Shown here one piece after another: positions 1 through 7,577 of a stretch of DNA of 32,000 nt. The notes beneath the pieces were generated by a model that worked only from the letters and a program-made list of their open reading frames with translations, was not told the origin of the DNA and made no database searches. The position numbers were made by a program, and so were the translations under genes. This DNA comes from an uncultured Chloroflexia bacterium (lineage in GTDB: Bacteria > Chloroflexota > Ktedonobacteria > Ktedonobacterales > JADMIN01). The stretch covers positions 1 through 32,000 of the forward strand of contig CAVRAI010000007.1 in NCBI GenBank assembly GCA_963718915.1, read 5' to 3'. Within the stretch, counting starts at the first letter, position 1; every line of letters begins with the position of its first letter.

Positions 1-256
1 TGAGCGGTGGTCTCCGTGGGCCACGCTGTTGCAGACAGTTCACGCCTACAACAGTATACAGCGGGCCACGCGGCGCTGCCTACGCCGACTGTAAGCCCAT
101 TCGATCCGCCAGCGTCATTTCAGGCGAATCGACCGTGCCATGATGCAATCCAGCGCAACGATCCCACGGTCATGTGGGGCACGCCTGGTAGCTATCGGTT
201 ACAATAGAGATAACCGCCGGGCCTTTGTCGTCCTCTTGCCATCAGGTGTAAAAAGG

Positions 257-2206
257 ATGCCACCGATGCTGAACAGTCCACCGCAACTCTATCTGAGCGC
301 TTCGGGCCAGGATCGCCTGTTTGTCGATGGTTTGTGCGAGCGCCTGCGATCACGCGGTTTGGTGGTTCACGAAGGCGGCGATCTGAGCGGGCCAGCGACA
401 CGCGATGAAAGACAGCGCGACATCGACTCCTGCCAGGTCGTCCTTGTCGTCATTTCACACGCCAGCATGCGCTCCGCTGAGGTGACGGCGGATTATCAGT
501 ATGCGCTGGCCCACAACCAGCAGGTCATGCCAGTGATTGTCTCGTCGGCCAACGATCTGCCTGCCGATGTGAGCCATCTCCAGGCGATTGACTTTTCCGC
601 GGGCGAGCAGGCTGGCTGGGCGGCGCTGCTGATCGCGCTCGATACGCTGGGTATCGCCCGTTACCCGATTGCGACGCCACCTGATCTTGATGCCGAGGTC
701 GTGCTGGCCCGCGCGCGTTCCGGCATCACGCCTCCGGCATGGTATGTGAGCCGACTTCCGGTTCGCGCCGGTCGGCGGCTCTCGCGCTGGACCATCTATG
801 GGGCGACGATCACCGTCATCCTAACCATTCTGACGTATTTTGCCACCGGCCAAAATCTGCTCGTCGTGGCGCCAGCCCTCTACATCATTTATCAGCTCTA
901 TATCAAATACAGCCCTGCGGCGCTCCGTTCGCTGAAGAACAGTCCGATGGTGATATTGACGCCGGATGGCTTTGTCGTGACGACCAAAACCGGCGGGGCG
1001 GTCTCGGCGGCGTTCCGCGACGCGACTACTGACGTCCCGGTTGCGCAGACGCGCACGAGCGACGTGCATCTGAAGGTGGACCCCAGAAACGGGCGACCAT
1101 TCGTCGCAATGACGCTGAGCAAGTTTCCGGGCGAGGGCATACTGGGGCAGCAGGCGCTCGCGCAGTACCAGGCATACGTCGCGCGCTATCTGTCTGGTGA
1201 ACCAGGCCTGACGCCCACGGTTGCGGCGGCTCCGCTGCTCTTTATCAGCTACTCGCGCAAGGATGCCAGCATCGTAGACCGGCTTGAGTTGAGCTTGCGG
1301 CAGGCAGGATACAACGTCTGGGTGGATCGCAGCAATCTGCGGGCCGGGCAGGCCTGGTCGGCGCAGGTGGGCCAGGCGATTGATCAATGCGCCGCGCTGG
1401 TCGTCGCGCTCTCGCCAGCCGTGCTCCGGTCGGCGGCCGTCAGGAACGAATATCAGCACGCACTGAAAGCTGGCAAGCCGGTACTCGTCGCCAAGATTCG
1501 CACGACCCGCCAGCCTCCGTCCGAGCTTCGCCAGTGCCCGCGTAGCGACCTGCGCGACAACCTCTTGCTTGGCGTCCTGAACCTGGCCGAGGCGCTCGAT
1601 CAGGCGGGCGCGCATCCAGCGGCGACCTTCGGCGCGCTGCCCGGTGGGCGTCTGCCGCGGAGCTCCACGCTGGTCATGGCGCAGGCGCTTCGTGGGATAA
1701 CTCCGCCCGATGGCGCCGTCTACCGGGCGAGTCTGCCAGCGCGTTTCATCTATTCGACGATTATTCTGCTGGCGGTTGCGGCGTTTGGCGTTCTGTTCGC
1801 GCTGGCGATTGGCAATCTCTATCCCCTCTTCATTGCCAGCGTGCTGCTGTTTGGTATCGGCGTGCCGAACCTGCTCTTTACGCGCCGCCGGTTACGCTAT
1901 CCAGACACTATCATCACAGTGCCCGAAGGCTATATCACCTTTTTTAACTCCGCACGTCTGTCTGAGCATCCCTACGATTCGCTGAGCACGGTGACGATCA
2001 CGGCGTCTGACGCCTTCAGCGGCATCACGCTTGCCAATAGCGGGATCGGGTCGAGCAAGCCCTATGCCGTCCAGATTCGTCCAGGGTTTCACCAGAGCCG
2101 CGACATCGCCGAACGGATCATCTCCGATTTCAGCCACTACAAGCGCTTGAGCGTAGAGCAGTCCTCCAGCGATGCCAACGCGCTGGATATCGACACGACT
2201 TGCTGA
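257..2206 (+). CDS. Membrane protein with two tandem modules, each TIR-like domain + GITPP linker + 2 TM helices + PH-like (bPH/YdbS-like) domain
   Basis: Long ORF 140..2206. The likely start is ATG 257 or ATG 266, with AAAGGA at 252-257 serving as SD for 266. The second module has the TIR signature LLFISYSRKD...WVDR...ALSPAVLRSAAVRNEYQHAL. The first module aligns to it (LYLSASGQD...VISHASMRSAEVTADYQYAL). Hydrophobic helix pairs lie at nt ~788-910 and ~1745-1879. Confidence 0.8.
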   Translation: MPPMLNSPPQLYLSASGQDRLFVDGLCERLRSRGLVVHEGGDLSGPATRDERQRDIDSCQVVLVVISHASMRSAEVTADYQYALAHNQQVMPVIVSSANDLPADVSHLQAIDFSAGEQAGWAALLIALDTLGIARYPIATPPDLDAEVVLARARSGITPPAWYVSRLPVRAGRRLSRWTIYGATITVILTILTYFATGQNLLVVAPALYIIYQLYIKYSPAALRSLKNSPMVILTPDGFVVTTKTGGAVSAAFRDATTDVPVAQTRTSDVHLKVDPRNGRPFVAMTLSKFPGEGILGQQALAQYQAYVARYLSGEPGLTPTVAAAPLLFISYSRKDASIVDRLELSLRQAGYNVWVDRSNLRAGQAWSAQVGQAIDQCAALVVALSPAVLRSAAVRNEYQHALKAGKPVLVAKIRTTRQPPSELRQCPRSDLRDNLLLGVLNLAEALDQAGAHPAATFGALPGGRLPRSSTLVMAQALRGITPPDGAVYRASLPARFIYSTIILLAVAAFGVLFALAIGNLYPLFIASVLLFGIGVPNLLFTRRRLRYPDTIITVPEGYITFFNSARLSEHPYDSLSTVTITASDAFSGITLANSGIGSSKPYAVQIRPGFHQSRDIAERIISDFSHYKRLSVEQSSSDANALDIDTTC

Positions 2207-2500
2207 ACGGGATCTGACTCAACAGCGAGGGGCCGTGCGGTTCTGGCCGTTCCATTTTTCGGCGAGCGTATCGAAGAGTGTCGGCATCTCGACGCATGCT
2301 ATGCACACGACCAGTAATTTGCGCAGCTGAGAAGCGTCCTTGCTTATGACACTGGTTACTCCGAGCGATCCCTATGGGTATCTTTGCAGGTTGCTGGATT
2401 CAGCATATAAGGAAGTGATACGCGCCGAGATATGAACCCGGCAACAATTGGCGTGAAACTGGCCGTGTCACTCGCGCATTGTGGCCGAATGTTTCGCCGC

Positions 2501-2529
2501 TTGACGGCATGTAACGGTAGGTCTATATT
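2501..2529 (+). promoter_or_regulatory. Sigma-70-type promoter candidate (TTGACG - 17 nt - TATATT) for the NfeD/SPFH operon
   Basis: TTGACG at 2501-2506 and TATATT at 2524-2529 are separated by exactly 17 nt. The site is ~83 nt upstream of the SD-supported start at 2612. Confidence 0.5.
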
Positions 2530-2611
2530 CAGGCTAGCGCCACCAGCAGAGATGTGTTATGGAATGTGGCGGAGAAGGCAGAGCGGCTGGTTTTGGGTAA
2601 GGAGGCTTCCT

Positions 2612-4015
2612 ATGCGCGTGGCATCCTTCTCTGCGCGAAGCGGATGGATCGTTGGCGGCATCGCGCTGTCCCTGACGCTGATTGGCGTCTGCGCTGCGGC
2701 GCTGGCGGTGGCGGCTCTGGTTGGTGGCGCGCCCACGGCGCTCGCCAATAGCCCTCACGTCGATGTGGTCTCCTTCGATCAGGAGGTAGATACCGCGTCG
2801 GCGCGCTTCTTGACTGGCGCGATACAGACGGCGCATGACGATGGGGCGGCGCTGCTCATCATCGAGATGGATACGCCCGGCGGCGATCTTGACTCCATGA
2901 AGGCTATTTCGCAGGCGATTCTGGCCAGTCCGGTGCCCGTCGCGGTCTACGTTACCCCCGCGGGCGGGAGAGCGGCCTCGGCGGGCGCGCTGATCGCCTA
3001 CTCCGCACCGATTATCGCGATGGCGCCCGGCACCCGTATTGGCGCCGCCAGCCCGGTCGATAGCTCCGGCGATAACCTGCCTTCAACGCTGGATACCAAG
3101 GTCAAAAACGACCTGCTGGCGATGGTTCGCTCGGTGCAGAAGGCGTATCACCGCACCATAGCCCCAGCGGAGCAGACGGTGACCAACGCCGCCTCCTTCA
3201 CCGACGAGGAGGCGCTCGACAACGGCCTGATCAACCTGCGCGCCACCTCCCGCGATGATCTGCTCAGCCAACTCGACGACACATCGGTGGTGATGTTCAG
3301 CGGCAAGACTATTTTATTGCGGGTCGTGGGGCTGCCAGTGACGGTGCTGGAGCCGACATTCGCCGATCAGGTGCAGGCGTTTTTCCTCGATCCCACCGTG
3401 CTCTTCCTGGTTTTCATCGTCGCGGCGGTCTGTATCTATCTCGAACTGGCGCATCCCGGAGCTATCGTGCCGGGAACCATCGGCGCGATTGCGCTGGTGC
3501 TTTTCCTGCTGGGCGCTGGAACGCTCGACCCCAACTGGGCGGGGCTGGCGCTGATGCTGCTGGCGATTGTGCTGCTGGGGATAGACGTGCGCGTGCCGAC
3601 TCATGGCGTCCTCTCGATAGGGGCATTGGTCAGCCTGGCGCTCGGCTCGTTTATCTTCTTTGACACTGGTGTGGACCGGGGCTCGCAACCACTCAGTCCA
3701 GTGATCATCGGCGGGGTGGTAATTGGCGTCGGCCTGATCGCGCTCATCGTACTGCAATTCGTGATCCGCTCGCAGCGCTGGCCGGTGCGCACTGGCAGCG
3801 CGGGACTGGTTGGCCAGCAGGCGACGGTGCTAACATCGCTAGCGCCAGAGGGCCGCGTGCGTGTCATGGGAGAGGATTGGAGCGCTCGTCTGACGCAGGT
3901 TGATGCGCCGCCCATCGAGGCGGGCGCGTCGGTTCGGGTGGTGCGCGTGGAGGGACTAAAAGTCCTGGTTGAGCCAACTTCGGATGTGGTGGGAGTGTCA
4001 CGTCGTCATAAGTAA
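2612..4015 (+). CDS. NfeD-family membrane-bound serine protease (ClpP-class N-domain, TM region, C-terminal OB/NfeD domain)
   Basis: ATG 2612 is preceded by AAGGAGG (2599-2605). The N-domain reads IIEMDTPGGDLDSMKAI...YVTPAGGRAASAGALIA. Multiple TM helices follow, and the C-terminus reads EGRVRVMGEDWSARL...VRVVRVEGLKVLVEP. The gene is paired with a downstream SPFH gene. Confidence 0.85.
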   Translation: MRVASFSARSGWIVGGIALSLTLIGVCAAALAVAALVGGAPTALANSPHVDVVSFDQEVDTASARFLTGAIQTAHDDGAALLIIEMDTPGGDLDSMKAISQAILASPVPVAVYVTPAGGRAASAGALIAYSAPIIAMAPGTRIGAASPVDSSGDNLPSTLDTKVKNDLLAMVRSVQKAYHRTIAPAEQTVTNAASFTDEEALDNGLINLRATSRDDLLSQLDDTSVVMFSGKTILLRVVGLPVTVLEPTFADQVQAFFLDPTVLFLVFIVAAVCIYLELAHPGAIVPGTIGAIALVLFLLGAGTLDPNWAGLALMLLAIVLLGIDVRVPTHGVLSIGALVSLALGSFIFFDTGVDRGSQPLSPVIIGGVVIGVGLIALIVLQFVIRSQRWPVRTGSAGLVGQQATVLTSLAPEGRVRVMGEDWSARLTQVDAPPIEAGASVRVVRVEGLKVLVEPTSDVVGVSRRHK

Positions 4016-4048
4016 CGGCGGACGTGATAACAGAAACGAGGGGACGAG

Positions 4049-4975
4049 GTGGATCCAGTTACATTAAGTGTAGCGGGCGCTATCATTGTGGTTTTGCTCC
4101 TGCTGTTCCTTCTGGCGGGGCTGCGCGTGGTGAATCAGTACGAGCGCGGTGTCATCTTTGTGCTCGGACGTCTGCGTGGCGCGAAAGGGCCAGGAGTCTT
4201 CTGGGTGCCGCCGTTCATCAGCACAATGCGCAAGATTGACCTGCGTATCGTCACCATCGAGCTACCGCCGCAAGAGGGCGTCACCCGCGATAATGTGACG
4301 GTGCGGGTGAGCGCGGTCGTTTACTTCTACGTGGTCACTCCCAACGACGCCGTCAATAACGTGCTGGACTACTACCGCGCGACGGTGCAGATTGCCCAGA
4401 CGACGCTGCGCAACGTAATGGGTCAGTCAGAACTGGATCAACTGCTGGCGAACCGCGAGGAAATCAATCGCGCGGTGCAGCAGATCATCGATGAGCATAC
4501 CGAGCGCTGGGGCATCAAAGTGACCACCGTCGAGTTGAAAGACGTCGAGCTGCCACAGACGATGCAGCGCGCGATGGCGAAACAGGCGGAAGCCGAGCGC
4601 GAGAAGCGGGCCAAAGTGCTGCTGGCGCAGGGCGAATTCCAGGCGGCGCAGACGCTCGCCGATGCGGCCCATCTGATCTCGACCGAGCCTGCGGCGCTCC
4701 AGTTGCGCTATCTGCAGACGCTGACCGAGATCGCGGTGGAAAAGAATTCAACGATCATTTTCCCCCTGCCCATTGATCTCATCGAGCCGCTACGCGAGTT
4801 ACTAACGGCGGCATCCCATCGGATCGCACCCAACGGCAATCCTCCAGCGAAACCAGCTTCCGCACCGACTTCGGGCACGCCGCCACCGGCGATCTCCGAG
4901 CCGTTTGGGCAACCACAGCCACCAACCACGCCGCTGCCTCAGGCGCCGCGCACCCTCGATCCTGATATTCAGTAG
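4049..4975 (+). CDS. SPFH/Band-7 (stomatin/slipin-like) protein with Pro-rich C-terminal tail
   Basis: GTG start at 4049 follows GAGGGGACGAG. There is an N-terminal TM helix, then VVNQYERGVIFVLGRL...IDLRIVTIELPPQEGVTRDNV...ELKDVELPQTMQRAMAKQAEAEREKRAKV. This is the classic NfeD-stomatin gene pair. Confidence 0.9.
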   Translation: MDPVTLSVAGAIIVVLLLLFLLAGLRVVNQYERGVIFVLGRLRGAKGPGVFWVPPFISTMRKIDLRIVTIELPPQEGVTRDNVTVRVSAVVYFYVVTPNDAVNNVLDYYRATVQIAQTTLRNVMGQSELDQLLANREEINRAVQQIIDEHTERWGIKVTTVELKDVELPQTMQRAMAKQAEAEREKRAKVLLAQGEFQAAQTLADAAHLISTEPAALQLRYLQTLTEIAVEKNSTIIFPLPIDLIEPLRELLTAASHRIAPNGNPPAKPASAPTSGTPPPAISEPFGQPQPPTTPLPQAPRTLDPDIQ

Positions 4976-5004
4976 TAAGTGTGAGGGTCGGCGACACCTG
5001 CGAC

Positions 5005-5050
5005 TCTGGTTCCCCTTCTCCTTCGCGGAGAGGGGGGCTGGGAATGAGGT
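5005..5050 (-). repeat. REP-like palindromic intergenic element, copy A (between convergent genes)
   Basis: The reverse complement ACCTCATTCCCAGCCCCCCTCTCCGCGAAGGAGAAGGGGAACCAGA aligns ungapped with 23699-23744, matching at about 32 of 46 positions by hand count. It contains the hairpin CCCCTCTCC-GCGAA-GGAGAAGGGG. Confidence 0.7.
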
Positions 5051-5058
5051 CAGTCCTC

Positions 5059-5724
5059 CTACTCAGCACTCGGCGCGCGCGAGGGGGCGTTGAGTTGCGC
5101 GTAGTCGACGTAGCGCTGGTAGTCGTCTGGGTCGATCAGCCCCTGTGAGGAGTAGAATTTCATCATCACCTCCAGCTTGAGGATGCTGATGAGATTGATG
5201 CTCTGCGCCTTCAGTCGCGCATGAGCGCCCATGTCGCGGTCGATCAGCACCAGCGCGTCGTGGACGACAATATCGTGTTCTTGAAGAAATTGCGCTGTCT
5301 CCAGAATATTCCTGCCGCCGGTAATCAGGTCGTCAATCAGCAGCGCGCGCGCTCCCGGCTGGAAGCGCCCCTCGATGCCGCGCGGGCCGGTGCCTTCGGG
5401 CTTGAGACGCGGATAAATCAGTGGAACCGATGATTCCAGCGAGAACGCCGTAGCGAGCAGCAAGCCACCAACCGGCACACCAGCGACGACATCGTAGGGA
5501 TGTACCCGCGCGCGCCGCAACGATTGCGCCAGCGTGACCTCCTGGTGCATCAGTTTGACCGCGACCCGAAGCGCCATTGGATTGCTAATGAGCAGCTTGG
5601 GATTGATAAAGACGGGTGAGTTAGTGGTGCTGTCGCCCAGAGTGAAATCGCCGAACGAGACAGCGCCAAGGTCGTACAATGCGCGTGCCAGCCACAGGTT
5701 ATCCAGCGCCTGATTTCTGTTCAT
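5059..5724 (-). CDS. Type I phosphoribosyltransferase, orotate phosphoribosyltransferase-like
   Basis: ATG at 5724 is preceded by GGAGGG. The PRPP-binding loop reads ALLIDDLITGGRNI, and the N-terminal region reads LGAVSFGDFTL...SPVFINP. The longer ORF reaching 5862 has no SD support. Confidence 0.75.
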   Translation of the reverse strand: MNRNQALDNLWLARALYDLGAVSFGDFTLGDSTTNSPVFINPKLLISNPMALRVAVKLMHQEVTLAQSLRRARVHPYDVVAGVPVGGLLLATAFSLESSVPLIYPRLKPEGTGPRGIEGRFQPGARALLIDDLITGGRNILETAQFLQEHDIVVHDALVLIDRDMGAHARLKAQSINLISILKLEVMMKFYSSQGLIDPDDYQRYVDYAQLNAPSRAPSAE

Positions 5725-5860
5725 GCTCAACCCTCCGGAAATCCTGTCCATTTCATCCGCGCTGGCAAGCGAACACCCATGCGCATGCGGCAATGCACAG
5801 CACTGTCCGACGGCATCGTCGAGTGGAGTACAGCGAGCGCCAGGAGAACTTTCCGCCCGC

Positions 5861-5869
5861 ATTGTACCA
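5861..5869 (-). promoter_or_regulatory. Extended -10 promoter candidate (TGGTACAAT) for the PRTase gene
   Basis: The reverse complement of 5861-5869 is TGGTACAAT, matching TGnTAnAAT. It lies ~135 nt upstream of the 5724 start. Confidence 0.35.
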
Positions 5870-5949
5870 CGTTGTCAGGCAATGGTACGCCATTCGGTTG
5901 ATATCCGTCCAGGGACGGCGCTGTCGATGTCTTGACGACGCTGGCCTAC

Positions 5950-6140
5950 GCGAATTATAGTGACAACTCCCCACAGCTAAAGCCGGGGGCTTCTAGGCCG
6001 AAGCCAGAGACTGTTGCCCCAGTCTCAAAATGTTCAAGCTAGCGTTGTAGTCGCGGTCTAACACCACCCCGCAACAGGGGCAGGTATAGGTGCGGTTAGC
6101 GAGGTCGGAGAGGGAGAGTGGTTGCCGATGGCCACACTGC
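5950..6140 (-). ncRNA. Predicted TnpB guide RNA (omega/right-end RNA) region overlapping the tnpB 3' end; extent not determined
   Basis: In IS200/IS605 elements the omega RNA is encoded across the tnpB 3' end and the RE. Here hairpins overlap the tnpB stop (5978-6005). There is no direct evidence of transcription. Confidence 0.3.
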
Positions 6141-7160
6141 GAGCAATCCTGAGACGTATACACAGGGTTCACCGCGACATACTGCCGACCGGCCCATGCT
6201 GCCTTGTAGGCGATGAGGGCTGCGAACTGACTCCACGCGGCGTCCTGGATACTCTTGGCGAGACAGTGGTTATGCACCATTCGGTTGACCGACAAGTCCT
6301 CCACCGCTATTAGGTCAAAGATGTCCACGATGCGACGACTGTGCTGATGGGTAAAATCACTGCGCCGCCAGGCGATGCGCTCATGCACGCGCGCCACCGC
6401 GTGACGATGCTTCGCCCGTTCCGGCGTACCCTTGGCAAGTTTGCTATGGGCGTGCTGGACTTTGGCCAATGCCTTCTCCTCGCCACGAAAGAAACGCGGG
6501 TTGGCGATCTCCTGTCCATCGCTCAGGGTGGCAAACGTCTTCAAGCCCATGTCTATGCCGACTCGCTGCCCCGTTTTCGGCAGTGGGCTTGGCTCCGCGC
6601 ACTCGCAGGAGAAACAGATGTACCACTTGCCCGTGTATGCCCGTGCTACTGCCCGTGCTACTGCCCGTGCTACTGCCCGTGATGGTGGCCGTCTTGGGCG
6701 TACCCTCCAGGGGCCGATGCAGGATGATCTTCACCAGCCCTACCCCATGCAGCCGCAGGCGGCGGGCCTCAGCATCAGATTCCCCATCCAACTTGCAACC
6801 GACTGGGACTTGTGGGTAGGTGATACTATCGTAGCGTCCTGTGCCGCGAAAGCGGGGATAGCCTGGCGTCTCGCCTGTGCGCACGCGCCGGAAGAACGCT
6901 TGAAAGGCCAGATCAATGCGCACCGCGACGTTCTGCAAGACTTGCGACTGCACCGTAGCTAGCGCAGGTCGAGCGGCTTTCAAGGCAGGCAACTCGGCCT
7001 GCTGGTCATAGAGACGCAGCGATTCCTGTCGTTGCTCCCAGGCGCCGCGCCGCGCAGCGAGCAATTCATTGTACAGCCAGCGGCATTCCTCAAGTTGGTG
7101 CTCCAGGAGGCGCTGTTGCTGCTTGTTCGGGTATAGGCGGTACTTGAACGTCTTACGCAT
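5993..7160 (-). pseudogene. tnpB: RNA-guided endonuclease TnpB (OrfB), frameshifted by an internal tandem-repeat expansion
   Basis: The N-terminal ORF 6444..7160 reads MRKTFKYRLYPNKQQQRLLE...GYPRFRGTGRYDSITY. The C-terminal ORF 5993..6550 has RuvC residues (GIDMG, AVEDL, DRDYNAS) and the Zn finger CSQCGH...CPCCG. The two frames join only if 46 nt (6635-6680) are removed, which gives ...TATITGKWYICFSCE... Confidence 0.85.
6623..6680. repeat. Tandem array inside tnpB: GCTACTGCCCGT x3 + GTATGCCCGT + parental CCACTTGCCCGT
   Basis: Direct reading shows TGCCCGT recurring five times at spacings of 12, 12, 12 and 10 nt. It translates as TGSS-TGSS-TGSS on the minus strand. Confidence 0.9.
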
Positions 7161-7577
7161 CTATATTTTATGTGCTTAAAGCATACGTGTTGTCAAGGCG
7201 AGAGGGCCATTCATCCCCATGCCTGAAGGCAGGGGCCTTCTGGCCGCAGAAAGGTAATTCACAACGGATGAGCGCAAGGTGGCGCAACATCAGGCTACTC
7301 GGCGGCTATCTTGCACAACCAGCGTACATGACAATCAGCGGTAGTACATGGCGATTTTCCGGCAACTCTCGATGAGCAGAGAAATACGGTCATGGTGATC
7401 TGAGCCTGTCTGGCAGTGGAGGCGAACGATAGTGGCGATTCGGGTGCTGGGCGTCGACAATATCCTGCTCGGTTCCGGCGATTTCGATGAGGCGAGGCCC
7501 GCGAGCCAGTAGGCTGATCGATCGGGCACGAATCGCGGTAGAATCAGGGGAGAAGTTTTTCTGGCAGAGAAGGGATT

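Larger units (their letters stand above)
5955..7255 (-). mobile_element. TnpB-only IS200/IS605-family (IS1341-type) element; no tnpA; boundaries approximate
   Basis: The tnpB ORFs are flanked by related subterminal hairpins. The LE side has CCTGAAGGC-AGGG-GCCTTCTGG (7222-7243). The RE side has GGCTTC-TAGGCC-GAAGCC (5988-6005). Both share the motif GGGGC(C)TTCT(A)GGCC. No Y1 transposase gene is present. Confidence 0.6.

Noticed and set aside
140-256. Upstream extension of the TIR ORF to ATG 140
   Set aside because: It would include the TACAAT box at 200-205 and has no SD. The conserved module begins just after residue 45.
821-1615. 264-aa minus-strand ORF inside the TIR gene
   Set aside because: It is antisense to a coding frame with clear TIR motifs and internal duplication. 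The product is Arg-rich and has no motifs.
2204-2257. Possible terminator after the TIR gene (GAACGG...GGCC...GGCCGTTCC followed by ATTTTTC)
   Set aside because: The stems are short (4-6 bp) and separated by long unpaired stretches. This is too weak to annotate even though a T-run is present.
2432-2611. N-terminal extension of the NfeD ORF (start at 2432)
   Set aside because: The extension would contain the TTGACG-17-TATATT promoter candidate. It has no SD, and its composition (W/R/C-rich) is non-protein-like. ATG 2612 has a perfect AAGGAGG.
1-5000. Search for Thoeris, CBASS or Pycsar partners of the TIR protein (SIR2/Macro-SLOG ThsA, CD-NTase, cyclase, STING)
   Set aside because: No such motif was seen in any frame of the neighbouring DNA. 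The TIR gene is therefore not assigned to those systems.
7260-7577. ORFs 7335..7682 and 7390..7641 (minus) in the gap between the IS element and the NUDIX gene
   Set aside because: Two overlapping frames show no recognisable motif, no SD and run into the NUDIX start. They could be a gene remnant disrupted by the IS, but I cannot support a call.
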